64,000 nt of DNA. Source: Planctomycetota bacterium. GTDB taxonomy: Bacteria; Planctomycetota; JAJSAM01; JAJVHW01. The translations under genes were made by a program, and so were the position numbers. Location of the stretch: positions 448,001-512,000 of the forward strand of contig CBDFJG010000002.1 of the NCBI GenBank assembly GCA_965248445.1. The letters run 5' to 3'. Shown piece by piece: positions 47,597 to 57,441 of the stretch (positions within the stretch are counted from its first letter, which is position 1; every line of letters starts with the position of its first letter). The notes beneath the pieces were generated by a model. The model made no database searches, had not been told where the DNA came from, and saw nothing but the letters and a program-made list of their open reading frames with translations.

Positions 47597-48430
47597 ATGC
47601 TCAGCCGCATCCTGCCAATCGCCCTGATCCTCGCCGTGCCCGCGCTCGCCGCGTGCGAGACGGGGAACCCCAAGGCCAAAATGGGACCCGAGTGGGCGCG
47701 CTACGTCGGTAGCACGTATCGGCGTTCATACGGCGGCACGGGTCATGTGACCGCGAGCGCCCGTCCGTCGCGCTCCGGTCCTCCGCGATCTGGGGCCTCG
47801 TCGCTGACCGCGTCAGCGGACATCCCGCTCGAGCGACCCGTCGGCCGCAGCGCGCGCAGCGGCCAGTCCGGCCCGGTCGCCGTCGCCATCCCGCCCCGCC
47901 GCTCGCGCCGGCCGGCGCGGACCGTAGGCGACGCAGTCCCCACTTACCGGCCCGCCGCGGTCTCGAGCACCGCGCGCGCGTTCGGTCCGTCAGCGACGCC
48001 TCCGGCCCCCACGCCTCCGGCTCCGGTCTCGGGCATCCGGCCCGTCAGGGGATCGCGCCACCTCCAGGGAACCGTTCGCAGCACGTCGGCCGCGACTCCA
48101 GCCCGCAACTGGGTCTCCCCGGCAGTGTCCACACCGGCTCGCACGGCAACGGCTCCGGCCGCGCCCGCGCGCTCAGCCGTCAGCACGGCAGTGGCCGGCG
48201 ACGACCGCACGCAGCGGCAGTTCCTGCGCCTCAAGATCCACGGCCTCGATGCGTCGGACACCGAGGCCCCGTTCCGGGTTCGCAAGATGCTCTCCGGCGC
48301 CCCGGGCGTGAAGGAGGTCGTCTTCTCGAGCAAGACTGGGACGGCGATCGTCGTGATCGAGCCCGGCACCGATCCCGACGACGTCCGCACGGCGCTCGCC
48401 GCGCCGTATCGGGCGTCGCTCCTTCGCTAG
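47597..48430 (+). CDS. Lipoprotein with long Pro/Ser/Arg-rich linker and C-terminal HMA-like domain
   Basis: SD ggaggg, lipobox LAAC, C-terminal LKIHGL...VRKMLSGAPGVKEV.......A.V pattern. Confidence 0.65.
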   Translation: MLSRILPIALILAVPALAACETGNPKAKMGPEWARYVGSTYRRSYGGTGHVTASARPSRSGPPRSGASSLTASADIPLERPVGRSARSGQSGPVAVAIPPRRSRRPARTVGDAVPTYRPAAVSSTARAFGPSATPPAPTPPAPVSGIRPVRGSRHLQGTVRSTSAATPARNWVSPAVSTPARTATAPAAPARSAVSTAVAGDDRTQRQFLRLKIHGLDASDTEAPFRVRKMLSGAPGVKEVVFSSKTGTAIVVIEPGTDPDDVRTALAAPYRASLLR

Positions 48431-48454
48431 CGGCGAGGAGACCGCCAGATGGAA

Positions 48455-48491
48455 CCGGCTTGATCGGAACGAGCCGGCTTGATCGGAACGA
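48455..48491. repeat. Exact 18-bp direct repeat, 19-bp period, upstream of dxr
   Basis: ccggcttgatcggaacga-g-ccggcttgatcggaacga. Confidence 0.85.
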
Positions 48492-48555
48492 AGTGGGGCC
48501 CGCCGACGGACGTATCCTCCGCCGGCGGGCCTCTTTCGTGGGCGCCGCCCCCATC

Positions 48556-49740
48556 ATGAAGCGTCGCGTCCTCATCCTCGGCTCGACCGGCTCCGTCGGC
48601 CGGAGCGCGCTCGACGTCGTCTCCGCACTCCCGGAGCGTTTCGAGGTGGCTGGACTCGCGGCGAACTCGAGCGCTGACCAACTCGCTGAACAGGCTCGCG
48701 CGCACGGTGCGCCCGTCGTCGCGCTCGCAGACGAGTCGGCTGCCGAGCAAGCCCGCGCACTGCTGCCCGATGGAACCCGCGTGATCGCAGGGTCCGACGC
48801 CGCCGAGCGGCTGGTGGACGAGGTGCGGGCGGACGTCGTGCTGCAGGCGACGGTCGGTGCCGCAGCGCTTGCATCGACTCTCGCGGCGCTTCGACAGGCG
48901 AACACCGTCGTCGCCCTCGCGAACAAGGAGAGTCTGGTGATGGCGGGACCGCTGCTGCTCGCCACGGCGGCGGAGCACGGCGCGACGCTCGTCCCCGTAG
49001 ACAGCGAGCACTCCGCCATCTTCCAGTGCCTTCGCGCGGGGCAGCCCGATGAGGTCGAGCGGATCATCCTCACGACCAGCGGCGGCGCACTGCGCGACCA
49101 TCCGTTGGCCGACCTCGGAGACGCCACACCCGAGGACGCGCTTCGTCACCCGACATGGAGCATGGGGCCGCGCATCACCATCGACTCGGCGACAATGATG
49201 AACAAGGCTCTCGAGGTCGCCGAGGCCGTCGCGCTGTTCGATGTGCCACCGGAGCGAATCGAGGTCGTGCTGCATCCGCAGTCCATCGTTCACTCGATGG
49301 TGGAGTTCCGTGACGGCAGCGTGATGGCGCAGATGAGCCGGCCGGACATGCGGCTGCCCATCCTGTTCGCGCTCGCGTACCCCGAGCGGCCGAAGTACGA
49401 CGCGGTCCGTTTCTCGCTGACAGATTTCGCGGAGCTGACGTTCCGCGCCCCCGACCCGGCCCGCTATCCCGCGCTGGCGCTCGGCTACCGGGCGGCGCGG
49501 ACCGGCGGCATCGCTGGAGCGGTCCTGAACGCCGCCGACGAGGAGGCGGTGCGGCTCTTCCTTGGCGGTCAGATCCCGCTCCCGGACATTGCCGTCCGGG
49601 TGCGCCGCGCACTCGATGCGCTGGCGCCCGAGGCGTCGGCCCGTCTTGCCGACAGACCGGTCGTGGGCGCGGCAGCATCGTCTCTGGCGGACATCCTCGC
49701 CGCCGATGCCGCCGCTCGCCGGGAGGTCCTCAGCCAGTGA
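48556..49740 (+). CDS. dxr: 1-deoxy-D-xylulose 5-phosphate reductoisomerase
   Basis: ILGSTGSVG, LANKESLV, PVDSEHSAIFQC, HPTWSMG and DSATMMNK motifs. Confidence 0.97.
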   Translation: MKRRVLILGSTGSVGRSALDVVSALPERFEVAGLAANSSADQLAEQARAHGAPVVALADESAAEQARALLPDGTRVIAGSDAAERLVDEVRADVVLQATVGAAALASTLAALRQANTVVALANKESLVMAGPLLLATAAEHGATLVPVDSEHSAIFQCLRAGQPDEVERIILTTSGGALRDHPLADLGDATPEDALRHPTWSMGPRITIDSATMMNKALEVAEAVALFDVPPERIEVVLHPQSIVHSMVEFRDGSVMAQMSRPDMRLPILFALAYPERPKYDAVRFSLTDFAELTFRAPDPARYPALALGYRAARTGGIAGAVLNAADEEAVRLFLGGQIPLPDIAVRVRRALDALAPEASARLADRPVVGAAASSLADILAADAAARREVLSQ

Positions 49741-51545
49741 TCACGCTCGCGTCCCTCGCCGCCCTGACAGGCATCCTGAAGACGGTGCTGGGCATCGGCG
49801 GACTCATCCTGGTCCACGAACTCGGTCACTTCCTCGTCGGCCGCTGGTGCGGCGTGCGCGCTGAGGCGTTCTCGATCGGTTTCCCACCGACCGTCTTCAA
49901 GTGGCAGCCCGGAGAGACGGAGTATCGCTTCGGACTACTGCCGCTCGGCGGCTACGTGAAGTTCGCCGGCGAGTACGAGGACATGTACGGCTCCGATCCA
50001 GAGCCCGGCACCTTCCCGGCGGCCACGTATCCGCGCAAGGTCGCGATCATGCTCGCGGGGGTCGCGATGAACGTGCTCGCAGCGTTCGTGTTGTTCGCTC
50101 TGACGTTCAAGATCGGCGTGAACGTGACGCCCGCCGAGATCGGAGCCATGCGGCCGGACGGCGCGGCGTGGGCAGCTGGACTCGAGGTCGGCGATGAGAT
50201 CATCGAGATCGACGGTGTCGAGATCCGCGAGTTCCGCGACGTCGCGCAAGAAGTGGTGCTGAAGCCGGAGGCGGACCTCGTCGTGGTCCGCGACGGCGAG
50301 CGGCAGCCGCCGGTGCGCGTGCAGCTTCGCGCACAAGGCGGCGGAGTCCATCGCCTGGAAATCGAGGCCCCGGGCAGCATCACGTTGCTGATGGGCGTCG
50401 AGAGCGATTCGATCGCCCACGAGGCAGGGTTCCGCGGCGGCGACGAGGTCGTACGCGTCGACGGCGCGGAAATGGAGAACACGCTGGCGGCGTTGCGTGC
50501 GCACGCTGCAGCAGACGGGCCGACCAAGTGGACCGTCCGGCGGGACGGCAAGGAGCAGGTCCTCACGCTGCCCCGCGAGACCAAGACCGTGTATCGCATC
50601 GGTGTCGGCCAGAGCAGCCGCCGCCTACTGGCCGTACGCCGCGGATCGGCGGCCGACCAGATTGGGCTGCGGACCGGCGACGTCGTGCGCCGCGTCGGCA
50701 CCGCCCCCGTGAACACGGTGCACGCTTTTGTGACCGCGCTGCGTGCCGACGGCGCGAGCGGTCCGATCGTCGTCGAGAGGAACGGCACCGAGCAGGTTCT
50801 CCCAGTGGCCGGAGAGGGTTCGCCGGCCGAGATCGCCGACGGCATCGGTGCACGCGGCGAAGGCATGGTGTTCTTCGTGCCGCAGGACGTGAGTACCCCG
50901 AGTGCCGCGCGCGCGGCCGGCGTGCCCGACGGCGCGATCGCCGTGTCGATCAACGGCAAACGCGTCGAAGAGTGGCACGACCTCACCGAACTCGTCGCGA
51001 GATCAGGTGAAATCGGAGCGCCGTTGCGCTTCGAGCTCCAGGATCCCGGTGGTGGAAGCCTCACCAAGACCATCTCGCCGCTGGCGGTCGAGGAGGCCGC
51101 CGGTGTCGGTCTCACGGCGATCGTGAGTCCGAAACAGGAACTCATGCGCTCCGACGGGATCGGCGAGTCGATGGTGCTCGGACTGAAACTGACAGACCGC
51201 TGGGTCCGGCGGATCCTCGCGACGCTCGGATCGCTCGTCACCGGCAAGGTCAGCCCAACCAACCTCGCCGGGCCCATCCTCCTCTCCAAGTTGACGTACC
51301 AGCAGGGTCAGAAGAGCTGGGGTGACCTGTTCCTGTTCCTGGGCATGATCAGCCTGAACCTCGCCGTGCTGAACCTGCTGCCCATCCCGGCCCTCGACGG
51401 CGGCCAACTCGCGCTGATCACGGCTGCGAAGATCCGTGGACGCGCGCTGCCCGAGAAGCTCGAGTGGGGCATCCAGATGGCCGGCTGGGTCATGGTCCTC
51501 GGCCTGATGGTGTTCGTCATCGTGAACGACCTGCGCAGGCTCTGA
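49737..51545 (+). CDS. rseP: RIP metalloprotease RseP with four PDZ-like domains
   Basis: HELGH, FSIGF, LPLGGYVKF and NLLPIPALDGG motifs. Coupled to dxr. Confidence 0.92.
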   Translation: MITLASLAALTGILKTVLGIGGLILVHELGHFLVGRWCGVRAEAFSIGFPPTVFKWQPGETEYRFGLLPLGGYVKFAGEYEDMYGSDPEPGTFPAATYPRKVAIMLAGVAMNVLAAFVLFALTFKIGVNVTPAEIGAMRPDGAAWAAGLEVGDEIIEIDGVEIREFRDVAQEVVLKPEADLVVVRDGERQPPVRVQLRAQGGGVHRLEIEAPGSITLLMGVESDSIAHEAGFRGGDEVVRVDGAEMENTLAALRAHAAADGPTKWTVRRDGKEQVLTLPRETKTVYRIGVGQSSRRLLAVRRGSAADQIGLRTGDVVRRVGTAPVNTVHAFVTALRADGASGPIVVERNGTEQVLPVAGEGSPAEIADGIGARGEGMVFFVPQDVSTPSAARAAGVPDGAIAVSINGKRVEEWHDLTELVARSGEIGAPLRFELQDPGGGSLTKTISPLAVEEAAGVGLTAIVSPKQELMRSDGIGESMVLGLKLTDRWVRRILATLGSLVTGKVSPTNLAGPILLSKLTYQQGQKSWGDLFLFLGMISLNLAVLNLLPIPALDGGQLALITAAKIRGRALPEKLEWGIQMAGWVMVLGLMVFVIVNDLRRL

Positions 51546-51555
51546 CCCACACACC

Positions 51556-52449
51556 GTGTCACTCTCGGGTTACCTCCGGCTGCTGCGCTGGCCCGGGGCC
51601 CTGACCGCCGCCGCGAACGTCGCGACCGGCTTCCTGCTGAGCCACGAGCCCGCCAGTCCCGGCGGCTTCGGTGCGCTCACGGGCGCGTGTCTCGGCGGCA
51701 CGCTGGTGTACCTCGGGGGCGTGGCGCTGAACGACGTCGCGGACGCGGAGCGCGACCAGACGCTCCACCCCGAACGCCCGATCCCCGCAGGCCTGGTGAC
51801 GCGCGCGCGGGCGAGGCGGTTCGCGGTCGCGCTGATCGCAGCCGGAGTCGCCGTCGCGTTCGCACTCGCGGGTCGGGACGCCGCGCTGCTCATGTCGCTT
51901 GCTGCCGCCGCCGCGGTCGCGTACGACGTCGTGCTGAAGCGATGGCGCGTACCCGGGGCGCTGGCGATGGGCCTCGCCCGCGGCGCCAACGCGGCGGCGG
52001 GACTCGTGGCCGCCGAGCTCACGTTCGGCAGTGCACTCGCCGGCGCATCTGCGGCCACGATGTCCTATCCGATCGGTGTGCTCGGCTACACGGTGATGCT
52101 GACGTTCGCGAGCACGTTCGAGGAGCGACGCCCGACCGCATTCATGGCGGGCACAACGGTCGTGCTGCTGCTGCTGCCGGCCGCACTGGCCTGGCCGCAC
52201 TTCGACGTGACGTGGAAGTTCGGGCCGGCGTTCGCACTCGTTCCGCTCGCACTGACGCTCATAGCCGGCGCGCGCGAGGCGCTGGTCCCCGACGGCCCCG
52301 GCATGGGTGCCGTGATCCGCCGCGCGGTCTTCGGGTTCCTGCTCGTGGACGCCGCGTGGCTGCTCGGCGCAGGGCGCTACGACACCGGCGTCGGACTCCT
52401 GCTGGTGTACCTGGCGCTGCGCTTCGGCCTGGCCCGCGCACGCAGCTGA
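51556..52449 (+). CDS. UbiA-family prenyltransferase (EboC-like)
   Basis: LYxGGxxLNDVADAERD...PERPIPAG, YD..LK and MGLARG.N motifs, multiple TMs. Confidence 0.85.
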   Translation: MSLSGYLRLLRWPGALTAAANVATGFLLSHEPASPGGFGALTGACLGGTLVYLGGVALNDVADAERDQTLHPERPIPAGLVTRARARRFAVALIAAGVAVAFALAGRDAALLMSLAAAAAVAYDVVLKRWRVPGALAMGLARGANAAAGLVAAELTFGSALAGASAATMSYPIGVLGYTVMLTFASTFEERRPTAFMAGTTVVLLLLPAALAWPHFDVTWKFGPAFALVPLALTLIAGAREALVPDGPGMGAVIRRAVFGFLLVDAAWLLGAGRYDTGVGLLLVYLALRFGLARARS

Positions 52450-52465
52450 GTCACGGGAGTTGAGA

Positions 52466-54397
52466 TCAGCGCTCGCCGTACGGCGGCCCCGTCGGCCCCT
52501 TCCCGCCCGGCGGCAACTTCGACTTGGACGCGTTCTCGCCGAAGTGCCGCTCGAGGATCACGGGCCAGCGCGGGTCGTTGCGCAGTGACCGCAAGTCGCC
52601 GTCCTCCTCGACCCAGTCACGCGTCAGGTCCGACTCGGACTCCTGGATCGCGAGCGCGGCGTCGAGCTGGTCGAGCGCTTCCTTCGTGCGGCCACCCATG
52701 GACAGCGCGCAGGCGCGGTTGTACGCGGTCACGGGCGCCGGCCGTCCGGCGATCCGCTTCACGATCTCCATTGCCTCTGCGTAGATCGCGGCCGCGCGGT
52801 CCCACTGGCGCAACCGGTAGACGGCGCGCGCCAGGCGGTTCAGATCCGTCGCATAGTGCTGCAAGGCGTCGGACTGATGCCGCGGGCCCGCGCGATCGGC
52901 CCACTGTTTTTGGCTCCTGGCCTCCATCGCGAGTCTCTCGATGCGCCACTTCAGGCGCTCCGGTCGGCCGTGGTTCGCGAGGATCTCCTCGAGCGCCTCG
53001 GCGTACCCGCGCTCCGCAGGGCGCAGCTGCCAGCCGGCCTTGGCGTCGGCTCGGTCGAGCGTCTGCGCGAGCTGATCGAGAATGTCGCCCATCACGTCGA
53101 TGTCGGCGACGTCGGCGAGCGCCTGCGCGGCCAGGTCGAACATCTCTTCCTCGTCCACCTCGACGGGCAGAGCGATGAACGTGCGGTAACCGCGGCGCGG
53201 GCTCTCGGCGAGCGCGTCGAGTGCTTCCATCTTCTGCACGACGCGCAGCACCTCGCTCTCTGTCTCGGGCAGCACGACGAAACGGTCCTCGAGTGGAACG
53301 TCAAGGAGCATCGCGAGAAGGACAGGCTGGACAGGCCACCCGTGTTCGCTGAGTTTCGCGAAGCGGCCGTCGTAGTTGCCGCCCTTGCGCATCCAGCGTG
53401 CAAGCAGCTCCCGCTCGATCGTGGCCTGCGCGTGCAGGGCGCGCAGACGTGCGGCACGTGCGGCGTTCAGCGCCTTCATCTCCGGGCTCGCCCCGTCCGG
53501 CCCGTCCGCGCTGTCGGTCTTGTCCGCTCCCGTGTTCGGCTTCTCGGCCTTCGGCTGCCCGGCGGCCGGGAGTTCGCCGGCCTCGCCGGCGTTCTCGGCC
53601 GCCTCGGCCTCTGCCTGCCGCCGGGCGGCCTCGTCGCGCTTGCGCGTCAGCTCAGCGCGCTCGCCGTCCGCACGCTTCCGCGCGGCGCGGCGGGCCCGAT
53701 GGATCGACGCGCTCTCGTCCGCCGTCACCGGACCGAGCTCGACGAGCTTCTTGATCTGGATGATCGGGTGGAAGATGTAGCCGTCCTGCTGCTTCGGGAA
53801 CCAGAGGCGGACGCCGGCGCCCTTGTCCTCGGGGTCGCACTCCTCCCAGACGCCGCGCACGCGCCGCTCGAAGACGCCCCGGACGCGGACGATGCCCCCG
53901 ATGTTGCGGCCCGTACGCATCTTGAGCGTGTAGCGAACTCCGACGATCCGCTCGTCAGCCGGTTGCTCCTCGACGCGATCCTCGGCCAGAGGCGGGACGG
54001 TCGGGAGCAGCGCGAGCGCGATCTCCGCGGCGTCGAGCGCGTCGAGCGCTGCGGCGACCGGCTCGTCGCCCAGCGCAACGACGGCGCGGGCGGCCGCCTC
54101 CCAGACAACAGGATCCGCATGCCGAAGGCCCTCGGCCACTTCGGCGGCGAGACCCTGCATGCGGCGGGAGGCGATGACCTCGTAGAGGAGCGCCCGAGCG
54201 CGGACTCCGGCCGCGTCGAGCGCCCGGCGGACCACGTCGTCGGGGAGGTCGTCCGTCTCGCGCAGCCGGTCCATCGCCCGCTCCCGGACCCGCTCGGCAG
54301 GCGAGGAGAGGTCCCGGAGCAGCGCGTCCGGCCCCGTGGCGGCCCACGCGGGCACGGCGGGGAGCGCGAGCAGCAGGCAGAGGAGGAGGCGCTTCAC
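52466..54397 (-). CDS. Exported HEAT-repeat protein with C-terminal TPR (end-of-group-type) domain
   Basis: Signal peptide MKRLLLCLLLALPAVPAWA, HEAT-like repeats, C-terminal YNRACALS..G...EALDQL...D.DL.SLR.DPRW. Confidence 0.75.
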   Translation of the reverse strand: MKRLLLCLLLALPAVPAWAATGPDALLRDLSSPAERVRERAMDRLRETDDLPDDVVRRALDAAGVRARALLYEVIASRRMQGLAAEVAEGLRHADPVVWEAAARAVVALGDEPVAAALDALDAAEIALALLPTVPPLAEDRVEEQPADERIVGVRYTLKMRTGRNIGGIVRVRGVFERRVRGVWEECDPEDKGAGVRLWFPKQQDGYIFHPIIQIKKLVELGPVTADESASIHRARRAARKRADGERAELTRKRDEAARRQAEAEAAENAGEAGELPAAGQPKAEKPNTGADKTDSADGPDGASPEMKALNAARAARLRALHAQATIERELLARWMRKGGNYDGRFAKLSEHGWPVQPVLLAMLLDVPLEDRFVVLPETESEVLRVVQKMEALDALAESPRRGYRTFIALPVEVDEEEMFDLAAQALADVADIDVMGDILDQLAQTLDRADAKAGWQLRPAERGYAEALEEILANHGRPERLKWRIERLAMEARSQKQWADRAGPRHQSDALQHYATDLNRLARAVYRLRQWDRAAAIYAEAMEIVKRIAGRPAPVTAYNRACALSMGGRTKEALDQLDAALAIQESESDLTRDWVEEDGDLRSLRNDPRWPVILERHFGENASKSKLPPGGKGPTGPPYGER

Positions 54398-54567
54398 GTG
54401 AGTTCTGACGTCGGAGACGAGGGTACCAGCGTAGGGATTCCCTCGGCGGACACGAGAAGCCGCTGAAGTGATACCTGGCGTCACTCGATATCGTGAGAGG
54501 CACGGGGCCCGGATCTGCGGGCATCGCGAGGCTGGGAGAGGGAGACGGAGAAGAGGAGGAGACCGAC

Positions 54568-54942
54568 GTGGCGGCTGGATTCGAGGATCGTGCCGAGGCC
54601 GAACTGCGGCGCGGTGTGCTCCAGATCGCCGTCCTGGCCCTCCTGAAGAGCAGGGCCTACGGGTACGAGCTCGCCGGCATCCTGAGCGCGCACGGGCTCC
54701 CGACGGAAGAGGGCACCCTCTATCCGATCCTGCGCAGGCTCTCGGCGGAGGGACTGCTCGAGGCTGAGTGGGACACCACCGGAACGCGCCCAAGAAAGTA
54801 CTACGTCACGACCGATAAGGGACGGGCGGTGCTCCACGGGCTCGTTGGCGAATGGTCACGGGTGAACGGCGCGCTGTCACAGGTGCTGACCGACGCGATC
54901 CCGTCCGATGACGCAGCAGACGACCGACCAGCAGACGATTGA
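54568..54942 (+). CDS. PadR-family transcriptional regulator
   Basis: ELRRGVL, YGYEL, EGTLYPILRRL and RPRKYY..T..G motifs. SD gaggag before GTG. Confidence 0.92.
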   Translation: MAAGFEDRAEAELRRGVLQIAVLALLKSRAYGYELAGILSAHGLPTEEGTLYPILRRLSAEGLLEAEWDTTGTRPRKYYVTTDKGRAVLHGLVGEWSRVNGALSQVLTDAIPSDDAADDRPADD

Positions 54943-55861
54943 GAGCCCCGTGCTGCGGGAGTACCTCCGCGAGGTACGCCCCCACCTCCCGCTCCGCGAG
55001 AGCCATGACATCCTCATGGAGCTCGAGAGCAACATCCTCGACCGCGTGGACTTCCTGTCCGCGACCGAGGCGCGCGACCCCGACGACGAGATGTTCCAGC
55101 GCGCCGTCGCGGAACTCGGCGCCGCCGAGAGCGTCGCCGCCGCGTATGTGCAGGACCGTTACCTCGTCGCGCCGGAGGCGTTTCGGCCGTTCCTGATCTA
55201 CACGTGCATGGCGTTCGCGGTGCACCTCGTGCTGATCGGCGTGGCCACCGCGACGGACAAGGCACTGCACGTCGGGCTGTTCCCGATCTGGCCCGTCGGT
55301 GAGCACGGCATCCTGAGCGTCATGTCCGCGCTCACCCATGCGATCCTGCTCGACATCGGTCTGGCGGCGGTCCTGTTCGGGATCGCGGGCGCGCTGCGCC
55401 GCAACGTCCGCACCGCGCAGGCCATGTTCGCCGTGGACGCGTCAGCGCGGCAGGCCGGCGGCCGCGGCCTCCTGGCTCTCCTGGTCGCCGCGGTGATCGT
55501 GTTTGCCCGCCACAAGCTGTTCGTCGTCTGGTCGGACGGCAGCCCGCACGCGCTGATCACGGACTGGGGCGAGGCGGTCCTTCCGCTCGTCATCGGACTG
55601 TTGATCTTCGCGGCGGTCAAAGAGTCTCTGTACGTGATTGCCGGGGAGCGCCGGATGACCGTGGCGGCCGACGGAATTCACGGCTTCACGGGCCTCGCGC
55701 TCTGCCTGTATCTCGTCGCGGGCTCGCCGATCCTCGGGATCCCCGCCCTCGCCGGTTCCGACGACTTCCGCGAGCCGGTGAACGCGTTCCTCGGGCAGCT
55801 CTGCGCGCTGGTCGTCGTCGTCGGCGCGGTGCTCTTCGCGATGAAGACGCTCCGCCGGTAA
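54908..55861 (+). CDS. HAAS-domain membrane protein (last 7 aa displaced by IS66)
   Basis: YLREVR.HLP....DIL.ELESNI.D...AV.ELG....VA..Y N-terminus, then TMs. The native end AARLALL* lies at 57367-57390. Confidence 0.8.
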   Translation: MTQQTTDQQTIESPVLREYLREVRPHLPLRESHDILMELESNILDRVDFLSATEARDPDDEMFQRAVAELGAAESVAAAYVQDRYLVAPEAFRPFLIYTCMAFAVHLVLIGVATATDKALHVGLFPIWPVGEHGILSVMSALTHAILLDIGLAAVLFGIAGALRRNVRTAQAMFAVDASARQAGGRGLLALLVAAVIVFARHKLFVVWSDGSPHALITDWGEAVLPLVIGLLIFAAVKESLYVIAGERRMTVAADGIHGFTGLALCLYLVAGSPILGIPALAGSDDFREPVNAFLGQLCALVVVVGAVLFAMKTLRR

Positions 55862-57357
55862 CCGTTCACCCCTTGACAGCGTGTGAGCCTCAGCGTGCGA
55901 CGGGCAGCGGGACCATGACGGGCGGGTCGGCGCCGGTGAGGTGCGCGGCGACCGAGTCGGCGAGGAAGTCGAAGACTTGGTCGCCACGGCGTCGCAGCGT
56001 GGCCGCGGCGGTCAACACGCGCTCGGCGAAGCGGAGTCCGCGAGCGGACTGGCTTCCGAAGGAGCCCTTGCGCCAGAGCACCGCTTTGCGGACCGCGCGC
56101 TCGGCGGCGTTGTTCGTCGGACTCACGTCCTGGGTCCGCGCATAGGTGAAGAGGGCGACCACGCGGGGGCGCAGATGGTTGGCCAGAGCCGAGTCGTCGT
56201 TCGCGATCAGTCGCTCGAGCCGTCCGCGCAGCACAGCGGCTTCGCCTTGCAGCCGGTCACGGTCGCCGTGCTCACCGAAGAGCCGGTAGCTGCGCATGAC
56301 CGACTGCGCGATCATGACGCCCTTGTTGCCGAAGCGGCGATGTCCTCGCGGGCCTTCGGCCAGCGCACGGAAGGCGCGCTCGATGTGCGCCCAGCAGAGC
56401 TGGCGGCGGGCAAGTGGGTGTGACTCGTAGGCACCCATCCGGTCGCTGATCACCGTGCCACCGAAGCGCCGCCCGATCAGCCGCCCTTTCGCCTTGGCAC
56501 TGCGGCGGCGATCGATCCCGAAGGCTGTGGCGTGCTCGCTCTCCGCCGCCCACAGCCAGCACACCCGGCCCCGTTCCTTCCACGACGTCTCGTCCACGTT
56601 GGCTCGCAGCGACGTGCGGACTGCCCCGAGGGCTTCGAGGTACGACGAGTGCAGAGCGTCACTGAGCCGACGCTCACAGTCGCTGATCTTGCCCAGCGAC
56701 ATCTTCACACCGAAGATCTCACCGAGCAGCCGCTGCGTCTCCCGCACGCTCACGCGGTACACGCCGCGCAGCGCGCCGGCAAGTGTGGTCAGCCGCGGAC
56801 CGAAGGCCCCGGTCGGCACGCCATCGGGCAGGACCGCCGTCGTGACCGCACGACAGCGCCGGCACCGCGCCTTGTGCAGCCGGTGCTCCCGCACCGTGAC
56901 GAGCACGCGCGGGAGCACCGTCACCTGGTGCCGGTACGGATCGCCGATGCCCTGCTCGAGATCGTCGTGTCCGCACGCGTCGCAGAGGTCGGGACGGTGC
57001 TCCTTGGTCTCATCGACGTTGGACGGATCCACCAGCTCGCGCGCCGTGCCCTCATGGCCCGGCTGTCCGCCCTGCTGGCGACCGCTACGCGGCCTTCGGC
57101 CGCGACGGCGCTTGGACCACGCCGGGTCCGACGACGGAGGCCTCGAGCTGTTGCGGGAGTCACGCTTCAGACGCGACTCGAGCTCGTCGATGCGGCGCAG
57201 ATGCTTCGCTTCGCGACGCTCCAGCTCCTCGATCCAGGCCAGAAGGCCCTCGACCATCGCCCGCAGATCCTCGTCCTGCCGCTCGCCCACAACATCTTGA
57301 TCGACCGATGGCCGAACGATCTGGATCCTGGCTCGCGACGAAGGGGTGAACGGTTAC
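55858..57357 (-). mobile_element. IS66-family element, copy 3 (complete, 1500 bp)
   Basis: 17-bp perfect IRs gtaaccgttcacccctt. 8-bp TSD ctccgccg at 55850-55857 and 57358-57365. Confidence 0.97.
55890..57290 (-). CDS. IS66-family transposase
   Basis: 466 aa, differs from copy 2 by one residue (K vs Q in GRxQGGQ). Confidence 0.95.
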   Translation of the reverse strand: MGERQDEDLRAMVEGLLAWIEELERREAKHLRRIDELESRLKRDSRNSSRPPSSDPAWSKRRRGRRPRSGRQQGGQPGHEGTARELVDPSNVDETKEHRPDLCDACGHDDLEQGIGDPYRHQVTVLPRVLVTVREHRLHKARCRRCRAVTTAVLPDGVPTGAFGPRLTTLAGALRGVYRVSVRETQRLLGEIFGVKMSLGKISDCERRLSDALHSSYLEALGAVRTSLRANVDETSWKERGRVCWLWAAESEHATAFGIDRRRSAKAKGRLIGRRFGGTVISDRMGAYESHPLARRQLCWAHIERAFRALAEGPRGHRRFGNKGVMIAQSVMRSYRLFGEHGDRDRLQGEAAVLRGRLERLIANDDSALANHLRPRVVALFTYARTQDVSPTNNAAERAVRKAVLWRKGSFGSQSARGLRFAERVLTAAATLRRRGDQVFDFLADSVAAHLTGADPPVMVPLPVAR

Positions 57358-57441
57358 CTCCGCCGCGCCGCGCGCCTCGCGCTGCTCTAGCCCGCGCTCC
57401 GCGCCGGGCGGGTGTGGAACGCCCTCCCGGGTACCGTTCAG

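Noticed and set aside
44832..48491. Short repeats at 44832 and 48455 as possible CRISPR arrays
   Set aside because: Tandem units without unique spacers and no cas genes in the window.
55873..55878. TTGACA near the IS66 end as an outward-facing -35 box
   Set aside because: It points into the element and has no credible -10 at the right spacing.
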